Of a stretch of DNA of 64,000 nucleotides, positions 1-11,205 are shown one piece after another (within the stretch, counting starts at the first letter, position 1; the number at the start of each line of letters is the position of its first letter). Origin of the DNA: Gracilinanus agilis (Eukaryota). The notes below the pieces were generated by a model. It was not told the DNA's origin, ran no database searches, and worked only from the letters and a program-made list of their open reading frames with translations. The translations under genes were made by a program, and so were the position numbers. The DNA lies in NCBI RefSeq assembly GCF_016433145.1, contig NC_058130.1, positions 134,144,972 to 134,208,971 on the forward strand, written 5' to 3'.

Positions 1-1899
1 TGTACATAGCAAATGCTTCTAAATGGACTGGTTTTTAAATTTGTTTTTGTCTTTTGTCAAAGGGTGTGATATGATAATTGCTCAAAAAAAAAAAAAAGAC
101 GACTTTGGCATGGCTTTGTTTAGTTTTGTTTTGGGCATTTGACTTGGTATTTAAAAACTGGATCAGTGAAGTGATGAGCAAGCTAAGTAAGATAAACATT
201 CCCAAAGTTTTGTTTTTGTTTTTAGTAGTCATTCCAAATATTGTATAATACATTGTTATAGAGCGTTACTTATTTCTGTGAAGGCTGCCTTGCCCTAAAA
301 AAGAAGCTAATTAAATAAATTCAAAGTAGAGTGAAGTGGAGGGAGTTAAATAGTATCACTATGTAAATTGTGTATTTTTTAAAATTCTTTTTGTATCTTC
401 TGCCTAAATATGTTTTTTGTCCAAACCTAAATGTCTCTCTCCCCTTTTCTAAAGAGATTTTAATTAAGGCTTCTTAAGCTATACTGAGGAGTTTCTGTGA
501 GATTAGTCAAAGTACTTGGGCTGGGTCAGAGGAGGAGCTTTATTTGTGCACTAATTTAAGACTAGAAGCAAAGAAAGAGAGAGAGGAAGAGAAGGAAAAA
601 AAGTAAAAAAAGTGAAGAAAGGGAGAAAGAAAGAAGAAAATCATGATTGGCATCATGAACCACCTAAGGATTTGTCCTATTTTGCATTTAAGGTTAAGAT
701 ACTGATCCCAGAAAGGAACTCTTCAATCTTTAATTAGAATGATCCAGGAAGAAACTAAGTGGTGCCTTCTGGAATGTTAACCCCAAACTGTTATTTTAAT
801 ATTATCTTCTTTTTAAGATTCCAATAAGCATTATCTCAATTTGTCTTTCAGCAGTCACACTGGGGCATGGAGGGCTATGCTGGTTTATGCATCTTACTCT
901 TCAAGCTCAAAATAGTTTGGATATAGAGTGTTAAATTCAATAAAATGATTTATGGCAGACAAGTTTATATTTCAGAGTACATTATTAGCATTAGGGTTTG
1001 TTTGTTTTTTTTATATCAGCCTCCAGTCTTTTCATTTCCCAATTCATTCTCCATAAAAAAGTTGCCCAGTTGATACTCCTAGCTAAATGTGGGCTGACTA
1101 TGTCACTCCCCTGCTCAGGAAGCTCAAGCAGCTCCTTATTTCCTCTAGGTTCAAATACAAACCAGTCTGGTTGGCATTTAAATCTGTTTGTATTGTGACT
1201 CCAGTCTACAGTCTCAGGCTTCTTATTATCCTGTACACATTCTACATGAGAGACAAATAGTCTATTTGCTATTATCAGTACATGACATTCCAGTCCTCTT
1301 TGCCTAGGATATTTCTGATACCTGGAAAGCAATGCCTTCTCACCCCCATCTCTCAAAATCCCCTGCTACCACCTGAGTTCAAGTGCCATCTTCTATACAG
1401 GACAGAGCTTCTAGTTGCTAGGGCCCTTCCCACATCCCTAGAAATTATTTTGTATTTACTTAATAGGGTTCATATTTTTTCCCTTTTTGTAAGTTTCTTA
1501 AAGGCAAAGACCATATGATTTTCTGTCTTTATATCCCTAGTACCATTATACTGTAGGAGCTTAATAAATGTTTATTGAAACCACAGAAGAGTACCCAGGA
1601 AGAAGAAATGAATGAATGGTGATAGAATTAATCCAATATAGCCATTCATTCATTCAACAGGATTCACTAGGCACTGTGCTTAATGCTAGAAATATGAAGG
1701 TAGAAAGAGTTCTGCCCTCAGAAGCTCACATTCTGATGGGGGAAACAACCCACACACAACTATGTACAGACAAGCTGTATACAGACTAAATATGAAATAA
1801 TTAACAAAGGGAAAGCAGTGGAAGTAAGAGAGAATGGGAATGGCTTCTTGTAGTTGGGTTCAAGTTGGGACTTGGAAAGAAGCAAGGGAAGAGATGAGG

Positions 1900-3590
1900 A
1901 TTATTGTTTGTCCTGAAGATCCAGTGCTCCCTATCTCTAAGATCCAGGGAGGCCTGATACCAGGAAATGGAAGGCAGTCCACAAGCCCAGGGGCCTCATA
2001 GCAAGACCAAACAGGTATGACCACTATAACTAAAATCCTGGCATAAAGCTCCAGTTCAGGAACTATTGTAGAAGAGATAAATTCTTCAAAGAAAACTGAC
2101 GAATGTCAAAAATTATTATAGTTCTATAGATCATCCTAGAAATTCAGCAGATCATTCTATAACAGTTTCAAGTAATGATTCAAAAGGGGAAAAAAATATA
2201 TCTTCCACAAAGACCAAATAATTACCTAAAAGAAAAGAAGAGATAAAAGGTTGTCGACATGGAATCTAGAGTCCCCAAACTTGTAGCTTAGTGAGGTATG
2301 AGGAACCCCAAGTTTAGAAATAGTTTGTAGGTTGAAGACCCCCAAAGCTTGTGCTTATTCCCTGTTCCCCTGGGAATCCACCCTGAAGGGAATCTCAGGC
2401 TAGCAGTTGCAGACTGAATAATGGACCCCAGGGTAAATGCTAAATACCCTTTTGTCCTAGGTAGTCTTCCCCATTGTATCTGAGACCCTTACCCAGGAGG
2501 ACACACCTGGGCAGGGACCATCCTTTAGTATCCATTGTGTAAGCAGCCCCTTTCCCCTACACCCTAGCCTCTAGCTATGATCCCTTTCTCTAGCTAGATT
2601 GTATCCTGTCAGTATAATGTCAATCATCTCTCCCAGCCCCTGGATCTTCCCAAAGGGTATATAAGTTCCCCAATTTCCTTTGTCCCTAGTAGTGGTCTTC
2701 TAGCGCGGTGTCACTCCCAGGGGGATCAGGGAGCAGAGCGAAGAAGCAGTGTTCCTTTAGACTCTGCATAAGGCGCATCTCTGCATAAGAGGCCAAGTAG
2801 ACCTCATCCCCCTTTCCCTTGATTAAAGAGTGGTTTTATGACTCTTTTCTAAGTTAACTAGGTGAAATGAAAATTCTGGAGAAGGGACAGCTAGGGGGCT
2901 GGGTGGATTGAGAGCCAGGTCCAGAGATGGAAGATCCTGGGTTCAAATATGACTTCACATACTTCCTAAGCTGTGTGACCCTTGGCAAATTGCTTAGCCC
3001 CCATTGCCTAGCCCTTACCACTCTTCTGCCTTATGAAGAATACACAGTATTGATTCTAAGATGGAAGGTAAAAGTTAAAAAAAAATTTATGGAGAAAAGA
3101 ACTGGAAAAAGAATAATATAAGATAAAGTGGTAAAATCTACTCAAGTAATAAAAAAGGACAAACAAATCAATGACTCCATGAAATAGCAAACAATATTAG
3201 GACAAAAATCAAAGGACTAAAAAAATAAAAGTACTATCTTATATGAAAAACAATTTGACCTGGAAAATAGGTCAGAGAAAGATCATTTAAAGAATCATTG
3301 GACTCTCTGAAATCTATGTTTTTTTTTAAGAGCTTGGACATAACATTTTTAAGAAATCATAAATAAAAACCAGATTAGAACCTGAGGGAAAAGTGAAAAT
3401 ATAATCTACCAATCACCTACTGAAAGTCATCCTAAAAGGAAAAGTCCTAAGAACATCAGAGACAAAATCCAGGACTCTCATGTCAAAGAAAAAATCTTAC
3501 CAGCATCCAAAAAATAGTCTAAGTACCAGGCAATTGCATTCAGGATTTTATAAGACTTGGTGACTTCTATTATAAATGATGTATCACTTG
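1900..3590 (+). mobile_element. L1 ORF1 remnant interrupted by a solo LTR and a SINE1
   Basis: Removing the insertions restores EEIKGEMKILEKRTGKRI; downstream EKQFDLENRS..RIIGL..PEGKV..SPTE..PKRKSP..VKEKIL typical of L1 ORF1p. Confidence 0.8.
2252..2859 (+). mobile_element. Solo ERV LTR
   Basis: Starts TGTCGACA; 4-bp TSD AGGT (2248-2251, 2860-2863); TATATAA near 2659 and ATTAAA at 2822. Confidence 0.8.
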
Positions 3591-4679
3591 GAATTTTAAT
3601 CAATAAATAAAATTAAGCCATTTCTTTGAGTATATATCATTTACTATTGGGGGCATGGAATCTATTAATAAGGGAAGAGTCAATCATGTGTAGCTCTGTG
3701 CAGAATGACTACATGAGGCCTGACACTTTTATACTGAAATATGTCTTCTTTCTGACTGGCCTGACAATAAAGCATTTGGATCTCCCCTGGCAGCTTGATT
3801 GGTAGATATTTTAAAATAGGAAGTAGATTTAGAAATCTCAAGTCCTTCCCTATTACCAGGACTATTTGGCAGGTCAGTAGATCCCCAGACAGCTTCACTA
3901 AGCTGGGAAAATTGAACCTGCCCACCCTTCTCTAGTACTTCAAGAAATGGAGGGCCATCTAGTTTATGAAACCCAGCTTCCTCTAGCAATCTTTGGCTAG
4001 AAAAATATAAGTTGTCTCAATCATGTTTCCATTGGCGCTTTCTCTTATTGTAGACCTTGTCACCCTAAATCTAGATGAGATATCTAGCAAGGACAAAAAG
4101 GGCATATACTTCAAATGCCTTCTTGTTTATAGAAAAAGAGCAAAGGGTATCAGTCCTGCTTTTAACAAAGACAAGGCCCATTTAGATGCCTTGAGACCTG
4201 GAAGTAATTACTTTACCTTGAGAACTAATCTGCCTGACCTTCAGTGGTTGGGGTTTTAGAAAATGAATGGATTCAGGTAAAAATATTGCTAATAAATAAT
4301 ATAATAATTCAATATTAATTTTCTTCAATGAGAAGAGATTTTGGGATACAATATTCCAAGAGACAAAAGGAGATTGAGGCCAGCAAGGTGTCTCATTGGG
4401 ATGAGAGCCAGGCCTAGAGACAAGAGATCTTATGTTCAAATCTGACCTCAGATACTTCCTAGTTATGTGACCCTGGGCAAGTCACTTTCCCTGGCTCAGT
4501 GTGCCCTTTTTGGCACATGTGCCATAGGTGCACCATCATTGGCTTAGTCTTTACTACTCTTCTGCCTTGGAACCAATACACAATGTTCTAAGAAAGTAAG
4601 GCTTAAAAAAAATTAATCCTTATTTTTATTTACAACTAGGAATAACTTACTCTGCAAAGATAAGTATAATCCTATAGGG

Positions 4680-5148
4680 GTGACAACCTTCAGGTGAAAT
4701 CCTAAAGCACCCACTGATCACTCTAGATAGGATTAGTAGATTTGTCTCAGAGGGAATAATAAATCCTCAGATAACCACTGATCATCCTAGATAGGATGTG
4801 CTGAATATAATCAAAATCTTAAGTACCCTTTTTGTCTTCTTAATTTCTCTTATTATGTCTTGGTCACTCCCAGATATTCTAGCCTCTGGCACTATCCTCT
4901 TTCCCTAACTCCTAGGTAACCAATCAGCTGTCCTTTCTTGTACTTCCCAAAAGTATTTGTAAGAACCTGAGCTCTATACTGGTGTAGAAATTCCCATTAT
5001 TGGTGCCTTTCTCTAAGACAGAGTTCCCAGAGTTTCCAGAGTGGTGGCTTTGTGTGGTGGCCATTTGAGCATTGTTTCCCTTATCCTGATTAAAGACGTT
5101 TTCTACTGTGATTGCTTTGGTGGTTCTGTGCTTTTTTTCAGGTTGACA
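4680..5148 (+). mobile_element. Solo LTR, related to the adjacent LTR at 5215-5737
   Basis: GTGACAACC...GGTTGACA termini; ATTAAA signal; R/U5 region visibly similar to the next LTR. Confidence 0.7.
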
Positions 5149-5214
5149 GGGAAAAATGAATATATAACAACAAATATATATATATATAACTACATGTGTA
5201 TGTATGTGTGTGTG

Positions 5215-7110
5215 TGTTGACAATCTTGCTTTATGAAACCCCTAATTTACCTTTGTCCCATGGGAAATTGCCTTCAAGGAATTCCCAAACTGACCCTTGT
5301 CCCAGACTGAACAATAACCTATCAAGAAGCCATTAAACACCTGATAGGAATGATAGAGATACCAAGTCTAAAGTATCCCTTCCTGTTTCTTGCTTTTGCT
5401 TTTTGTATTTGGACCTCTCCCTGACATCCTAGCCTCAGGCTATAAAACCTTGTTCCTGAGCCCCTATGTAACTGGCCAGTTGTCTGTATTTTCCTCTACT
5501 TCCCAAAGTATATATGACTCCAAGTTCTTTTGTTCGATGGAAATTCCCATGAGGAAAATTCCCATTTTGGGGTGCATTTTCCCAGAGACATTGTTCCTAA
5601 AGTCTTAGCACCTAGTTTGATGTGGTGGTATTGTTGTTGTGTGTGTGGTAGCTATAAGAATTCTGTCTCCCTTGTCCTGATTAAAGGCTTGTTCTTTTGT
5701 AACCACTTTGCTGGTTCTGTATTTTTCCATGTTGACATTTGGAAGCCCCAGCGCCATTCAAAGTTGCTGCTGCTAGAATGATTCTAGATGTGTGATATCC
5801 ACAGGAACCCATTGAGTTCGTCTGGACTCAACTTGGCAGGTTATGGGGTGAGTGGACTTGTGTATTTGGGAGACTGAACCACTCTTTAGTCAGGAGTTTG
5901 TTGAACAATGGGCAATCACAGATCTGTGCATGCCCCAGCAAGTCCTCCAGAGGGGGCTGTAGCTGCATATATGTCCACAAATTCTGGAACAGGTACCTGT
6001 AGGTGTTTAGTCTATACATGCTGTGATAATTAGCAAAAGTTACCTAAATCTGACCATTGTAAGAGGGGAAACTAGATATGGTCACCAGGAATCGGATCAA
6101 CTTGATTCCAAATTAAAATAGACCCAAGTCAGGATGGCTTTTAATGGAAGTTTATTTACAATTAGGAAGGTTGAAGGTAGGGAAATAGAGAGAGAGGGAC
6201 TCTGGCCCGGACCAGAGGTCCAGACCAGATAAGAATTTAGAGGAGCACAGAGGTTAATTAAACAAGGCTACTAGCCACAAGGCCTTTTACAATTAGAGAG
6301 GCAAGAAAGGCCTCCTTGAGGGAATAGACTCCAGAAATGCCAAGGGAGGAGAAAGGAAGTCAGCCTAATTTACCCACGTGACAATTCAGAGGGAAGCCAT
6401 CTGAGGTCTCCCCAGAGATCCTTCTACACCAAGTTCAAAGCGCCAACTGCCTCCACAGGAAGTTACCATCATATTTAAAAAGGTAGCAGCTTTCATCACT
6501 TCCTGCATTCACCTTCAATTTCAGGTGGACAAATGGCAGCCTCAACACTGTTTTGGAATGCCCAAAGGGCAGTCCCTTGTTCTTGATTTGTTACTTACTG
6601 TCACATGTGGGTAACTCATCTTCCTTTCCCCACTAAGTTGGGTGGGGTGATATTATTTCTGATGACGAGAGCCTAACAATGAATGAGGATGAGCTAATTC
6701 CATTTATACACCATATGCACTTTTTTTTTTTTGGGCCAAAATGGGGTTCAGTTCAGCCTTGAGTTCCTTCATATTCATGTATGTATGTGAGTGAAGCAAG
6801 GCAGCTGTGCATCTCTTACCACCCTTAACTGTACAGGAAGTAGGAGAGGAGATGGTGTGGTATAGCTGAGAGATGTGAAAGAATCTGTTTGGATGTTTGG
6901 CTGAAAGCTTTGAATAGAAGTCTATTGGAGTCTAGATTATTAAATGCAGTGTGTTTGGTAACTGCTTTGGACCAGTTGAAATGGAGGAAAGTTTCTCAGG
7001 GCATGAAATGCTATCACTTAAGGTTTTTTGATAATGGTTGTAAAAAAATTTTTTTAAGCTTCTCATAGAAGCTTGAGAACTTAAGTTCCAGTTTTTGTCT
7101 ATATTGTATT
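5215..7110 (+). mobile_element. Class I ERV 5' fragment: LTR 5215-5737, tRNA-Thr-like PBS 5740-5753, degenerate gag MA
   Basis: TGTTGACA...GTTGACA LTR followed by TT-TGGAAGCCCCAGCG (13/14 to tRNA-Thr PBS TGGAGGCCCCAGCG). MGNHRSVHAP..AAYM then GPKWGSVQ after the nested LTR. Confidence 0.7.
6058..6710 (-). mobile_element. Solo LTR nested in the gag fragment
   Basis: TGTAAG...TATACA termini with 4-bp TSD CCAT (6054-6057, 6711-6714); AATAAA on minus strand near 6145. Confidence 0.85.
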
Positions 7111-7119
7111 TCTAATTGT

Positions 7120-10070
7120 GTGAAGTGGAAGTCTGAATCAATTTTTGATGGAATGGAGAACCTTGGGGAGGATCTCTCTTAGCAGCATTTTCACCACAAA
7201 TGCAGCATTATTCTATTTTGCTGGGTACACCTCCGGCCATCTCGTCAGATGATCAATGATGACGAGTGCATACTTGAACCCTCTGCATTTTGGCATGGCT
7301 ATGTAATCAATCTGCAAACATTCAAACGGGGTGTGGGCCAGCAGTCTCCCATCAAGACCTTTAATTCTGGTTGTACCCTGATTGAACTGCAAGCAGATTT
7401 CACACTTTTGGCATACTCTTATGGCATAAATTGAAATGCCTCTCGCTGTCCAGCTTCAGTGTATACTGTCAATCAAGGCTTGAGTTCCATAGTGCCCTTT
7501 CTCATGGATTGCATTGCACAGGAGGTAGAATAGTGCTTCTGGCAGAATGGGTTTGCCTGAACCTGAGAACCAGATGCCTTTCACTAGCTTGGCCCCTAGA
7601 TGTTTCTTCCAGCTTTCCACTTCTCTTGGGGAGTAGGCTTGTTTAAATCTGCTTCATCCATGAAGGATAAATTTAAAACACAGATGGGACCAAACCTAGC
7701 TCCAAATTTGACTGTAATATTGGCCCTGTGGTTCCCTAATGTTACAGTATCTTCCCCCACATTAATGGCTTCTGCAATGTGTCACAGCAACCTCTCTGGG
7801 CAATTGGAAAGCTTCCAGGAGTTGGCTTATGATGTCACTGTAAGCAATTTGCTTCCCACCAGAAGTAATGAAGTTTCAATGCTTCCAGATTTGGCCTGTT
7901 GCATGCTCCACATTGAAAGCATATTTTCAATCAGTATATACATTGATTCTTTTATCTTTGCCTATCTGGAGTGCTCTGGTGAGGCTCAGGATCTCAGCTC
8001 CTTGTGCACTCTTGACTTCGTAGGGCTATGTACCAAAGTGTCATGACCTGAGTCACAACAGCTGCACCCATGTATCTTTCCCCATCTACCACATAGGAAG
8101 AACCATGGTAAATAGAGTCAAGTCTGTTTCCATCAGGGGGATGTCTTTTAGATCCTCCCTAGTCTTTTGCACTATCTCCAGAGGGTCATTGCAGTTAGGA
8201 ATGGGTTCTCTTTGCAGTGGTAGATCAGGCATGATGGTTGCTGGATGGATCTCTTTGCAACAATGAAAGGTTATATTCTCATTGCCTAGCAACACAATCT
8301 CATACTGGGATAATCGCTGAGATGTAGAAGCTTGCAGGTTACTGTTTCTCAGGATGGATTCTATCTGGTGTGGGGAATATACCATGAGCCTGCATTCCAG
8401 GACCAGATTAGATGATTTTCTGATCATCAGGGCAGCAACTGCAATTCCTCTCAAGCACGGTGACATGCCTCTGGTGACAACATCTAAGTCAGAACTATAA
8501 TATGCAATGCATCTAAATTGATCTCCCAGAGTTTGCATTAATACTGCAGAATCAATTCCCTTGTCTTCGTGCACAGATGGAATGGTTTTGCATGGTTGGG
8601 AATTCCAAGGTCTGGAGCTGTTAGTATGGCTGGCTTTAGTTTTTCAATTGTACGCTTGTGCTCCTGTGTGAGTTTCAAGAGTTCTGAGACTGTGTTCTTG
8701 GTTAAGTCTGTCAGTGGTTTAGATATCAGACTAAAACCAGGGATCCACTGTCTGCAATACCCTGTCACTCCTAAGATTTCACGGAGCTACTTCTTGGTCT
8801 TGGGCATGCACACCTTCTGTATATCTGCTACCCACTTCTGGGAAATCTTTCTCGTGCCCTTTTCTAATATAAAGTCTAGATATTCTACTTTTTGCATTAC
8901 CCACTGCAGTTTTGCTTTTTATACCTTGTGCCCTCTCTTGCAAAGTTCTTGTAACAGGATTTTACTGTCTTTCTGACATATGTGGGCATTCGGTGACATA
9001 AGCAAAATCATCAACATAGTGCACCATCTTGCTTTCAGCAAAGGTGATGGATTCAAGGTCTCTCTTCAGGATTTGGCAAAATATGTTTGCAGATTCTGAG
9101 AACCCTTGGGGCAAATGAAGCCTGGGATCTGGTTTCCTTCCCAAGTGAATGCAAAGATCTTCTGGCTGTCCTCATGCAGTAGCATGCTGAAATATGTGCT
9201 GTAGAGGTTGATCACCATAAACCATGCTGCATTATTGGGGATCTCTGCAATCTGCTGCACCTGGACTTGGCACTTCTACATGACATTTCTTGACAAAGTT
9301 GTTAACTGCCCTCAAATCCTGAACAAATTGCCACTGTATGGTGCCATTTGCATTTCTCTTGGGCTTTTTGATAAACATTATGGGTGTATTATATTCAGAA
9401 AAAAGTGTGTACCAGAATTCCTTGCTCTAATAGACTTTTTATTATAGATCTGATACCCTCTGTGCCTTCTTTGCTTAATCTGTATTGAGGGATCTTAGGT
9501 GGAGTGCCCTCTTTCACTTCAATCCTGACAGGTGTTGCTGATTTCAGAATTCCTATATCTGTTGAGTGTTTTGCCTAGACTTTATCAGGAATATCTGTAG
9601 GGATTTCAAAGATAGTTCCCTCCTGATGTTCTTTTTCATCATCCTCCAATTGCCCCAGGAAAAGGAATGGATGATGCTTGAAAAACTGCTTAGGCAGATG
9701 TAGAAAGATTTGGCCTGATTGGTTGCATTGTGTTGTAGCCCCAAGTTTACACAAAACATCGCACTCCAAAAGATTTGATGGACATTGGGGTGCAAGCAGG
9801 AATGTGTGGTCCAAAGTGAGTGGTCCAGTCTTCACCATCTTTGATTTTAGCTTTGGCACTGCTTCTATTTGTCCTATATCCCCTTTTACTTTTACAGACC
9901 CCATTATGGTGCAGATCTCTGGTGCTGATTTCAGCGCATTTAGTGGCCCCCAAGTCAATCAGAGTTGGGTAAATCTGATCTCCAATCTATACCATGACCA
10001 GTGGATATTTGTCTTTAGCAGGTTGATTGACAGGTATGAGGGGAGCTTCAGTTTCAATGCAGCCCAAGTC
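7120..10070 (-). mobile_element. Class I (gamma/epsilon-like) ERV pro-pol: protease, RT, RNase H, N-terminal integrase; decayed
   Basis: PR LID(T)GAT..PQCPSNLL; RT QDLRAVN, FAFTWEG, LPQGF, YVDD, GYCRQWIPGF; connection IAYYSSDLD; RNase H AEILSLTRAL..VYTD; IN CQKC..LQIDY..PKCRGFKYALVIIDHLTRWPEVYP..IDSD. Many stops and frameshifts; no env or 3' LTR. Confidence 0.92.
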
Positions 10071-11155
10071 TCACTCATGATCTTCATAGGGCCTCTATCT
10101 GATCTGGCCTAGGACCTTCTGATTACAATGGATTGTGCTCTTGAAATGCAAATGTGTCCCCTACATAATTGGATGTTACTTGGTTTTGCTGTGTTTTTGT
10201 CTTTGCTTTGTAGCTTGGTGCAGTGAAGCTGCTTATGGACTTGTTGTTATTTGTATCTCATGTGCTGAAGACCATGAGCAAGATAAAGTGCTATGAGCTT
10301 TCCTGAACATACTTTGCTTGATGTTTGCAAGGCTAGATTCAGGATAAGCTTGCATTAGAGGAAATCCCTTGTCTGCATTGGGAATGTACAGCTGTTTATT
10401 GATTACATCCCATTTCTGTTAGTCCATGCCTGTTCTTTGTGCATGACTTATAGACCTCATGTCAGTAGGAGGAAACACGATGCCATCTGCATCCTGCTTA
10501 GGTAACAGAGTTGTTGTGCTGAGCTTGTGTTCTGTTCCTATTTCTGTTATTGTGTTTCCCTCCCTTGCACTGACTATCTGCTTTATTTTGGATTCCCCTA
10601 TATGCTTGTCCTTTAAGCTTTCTCCAGGTAGTTGTTTCCCTGAAGTAACACAAGTTTGGAGATGTGACAGCCTTTGACTTAAATCTCCCTGTAAAGTTGG
10701 TTTTGGTAGGAACTCTTTGGCTGTTGGATCTAGCTTCAGAGTCCCTATCCTCTCACAATAGCTTGTCTGTTTACTTTCCCTTTCATCATCTGATGCTGCA
10801 GGAGAGTAGCCTGTGTTTTCTTCCAAGGTCTTTGCTCTTTTCTTCTGAATGGTCTATATGGGTTCTTCTTTCTTATTGACTGTGTCTTTTTTTATAAGAT
10901 CCTGTTCAGAACACCCAGTTAATCTCGTTTCTTCTACTCTTTTGTATTGCTTTAGTAATGATTGATCTAATTGATCCTCTTGTTTACTATCTATTGATGG
11001 TTTATGTTGTTGCATGTTTGGAACAGGTGTATTTAGTATTGCTGAAGATTGGATATTTGTATTTTATGTTTTCAATGCTTTGCCTTTTGCAATGTTATCA
11101 TGATTAATCAGTGGTATTTCATTTGAGTTTAAATCAAGGTTTTGGTAAGTGCAAA

Positions 11156-11205
<50 letters not shown>

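Noticed and set aside
2884-3085. tRNA-like A/B boxes here and in similar copies
   Set aside because: They are heads of tRNA-derived SINE1 elements; no genuine tRNA, rRNA or CRISPR array was seen.
7600-10112. Plus-strand ORFs of 135-148 aa
   Set aside because: Antisense shadows of ERV pol.
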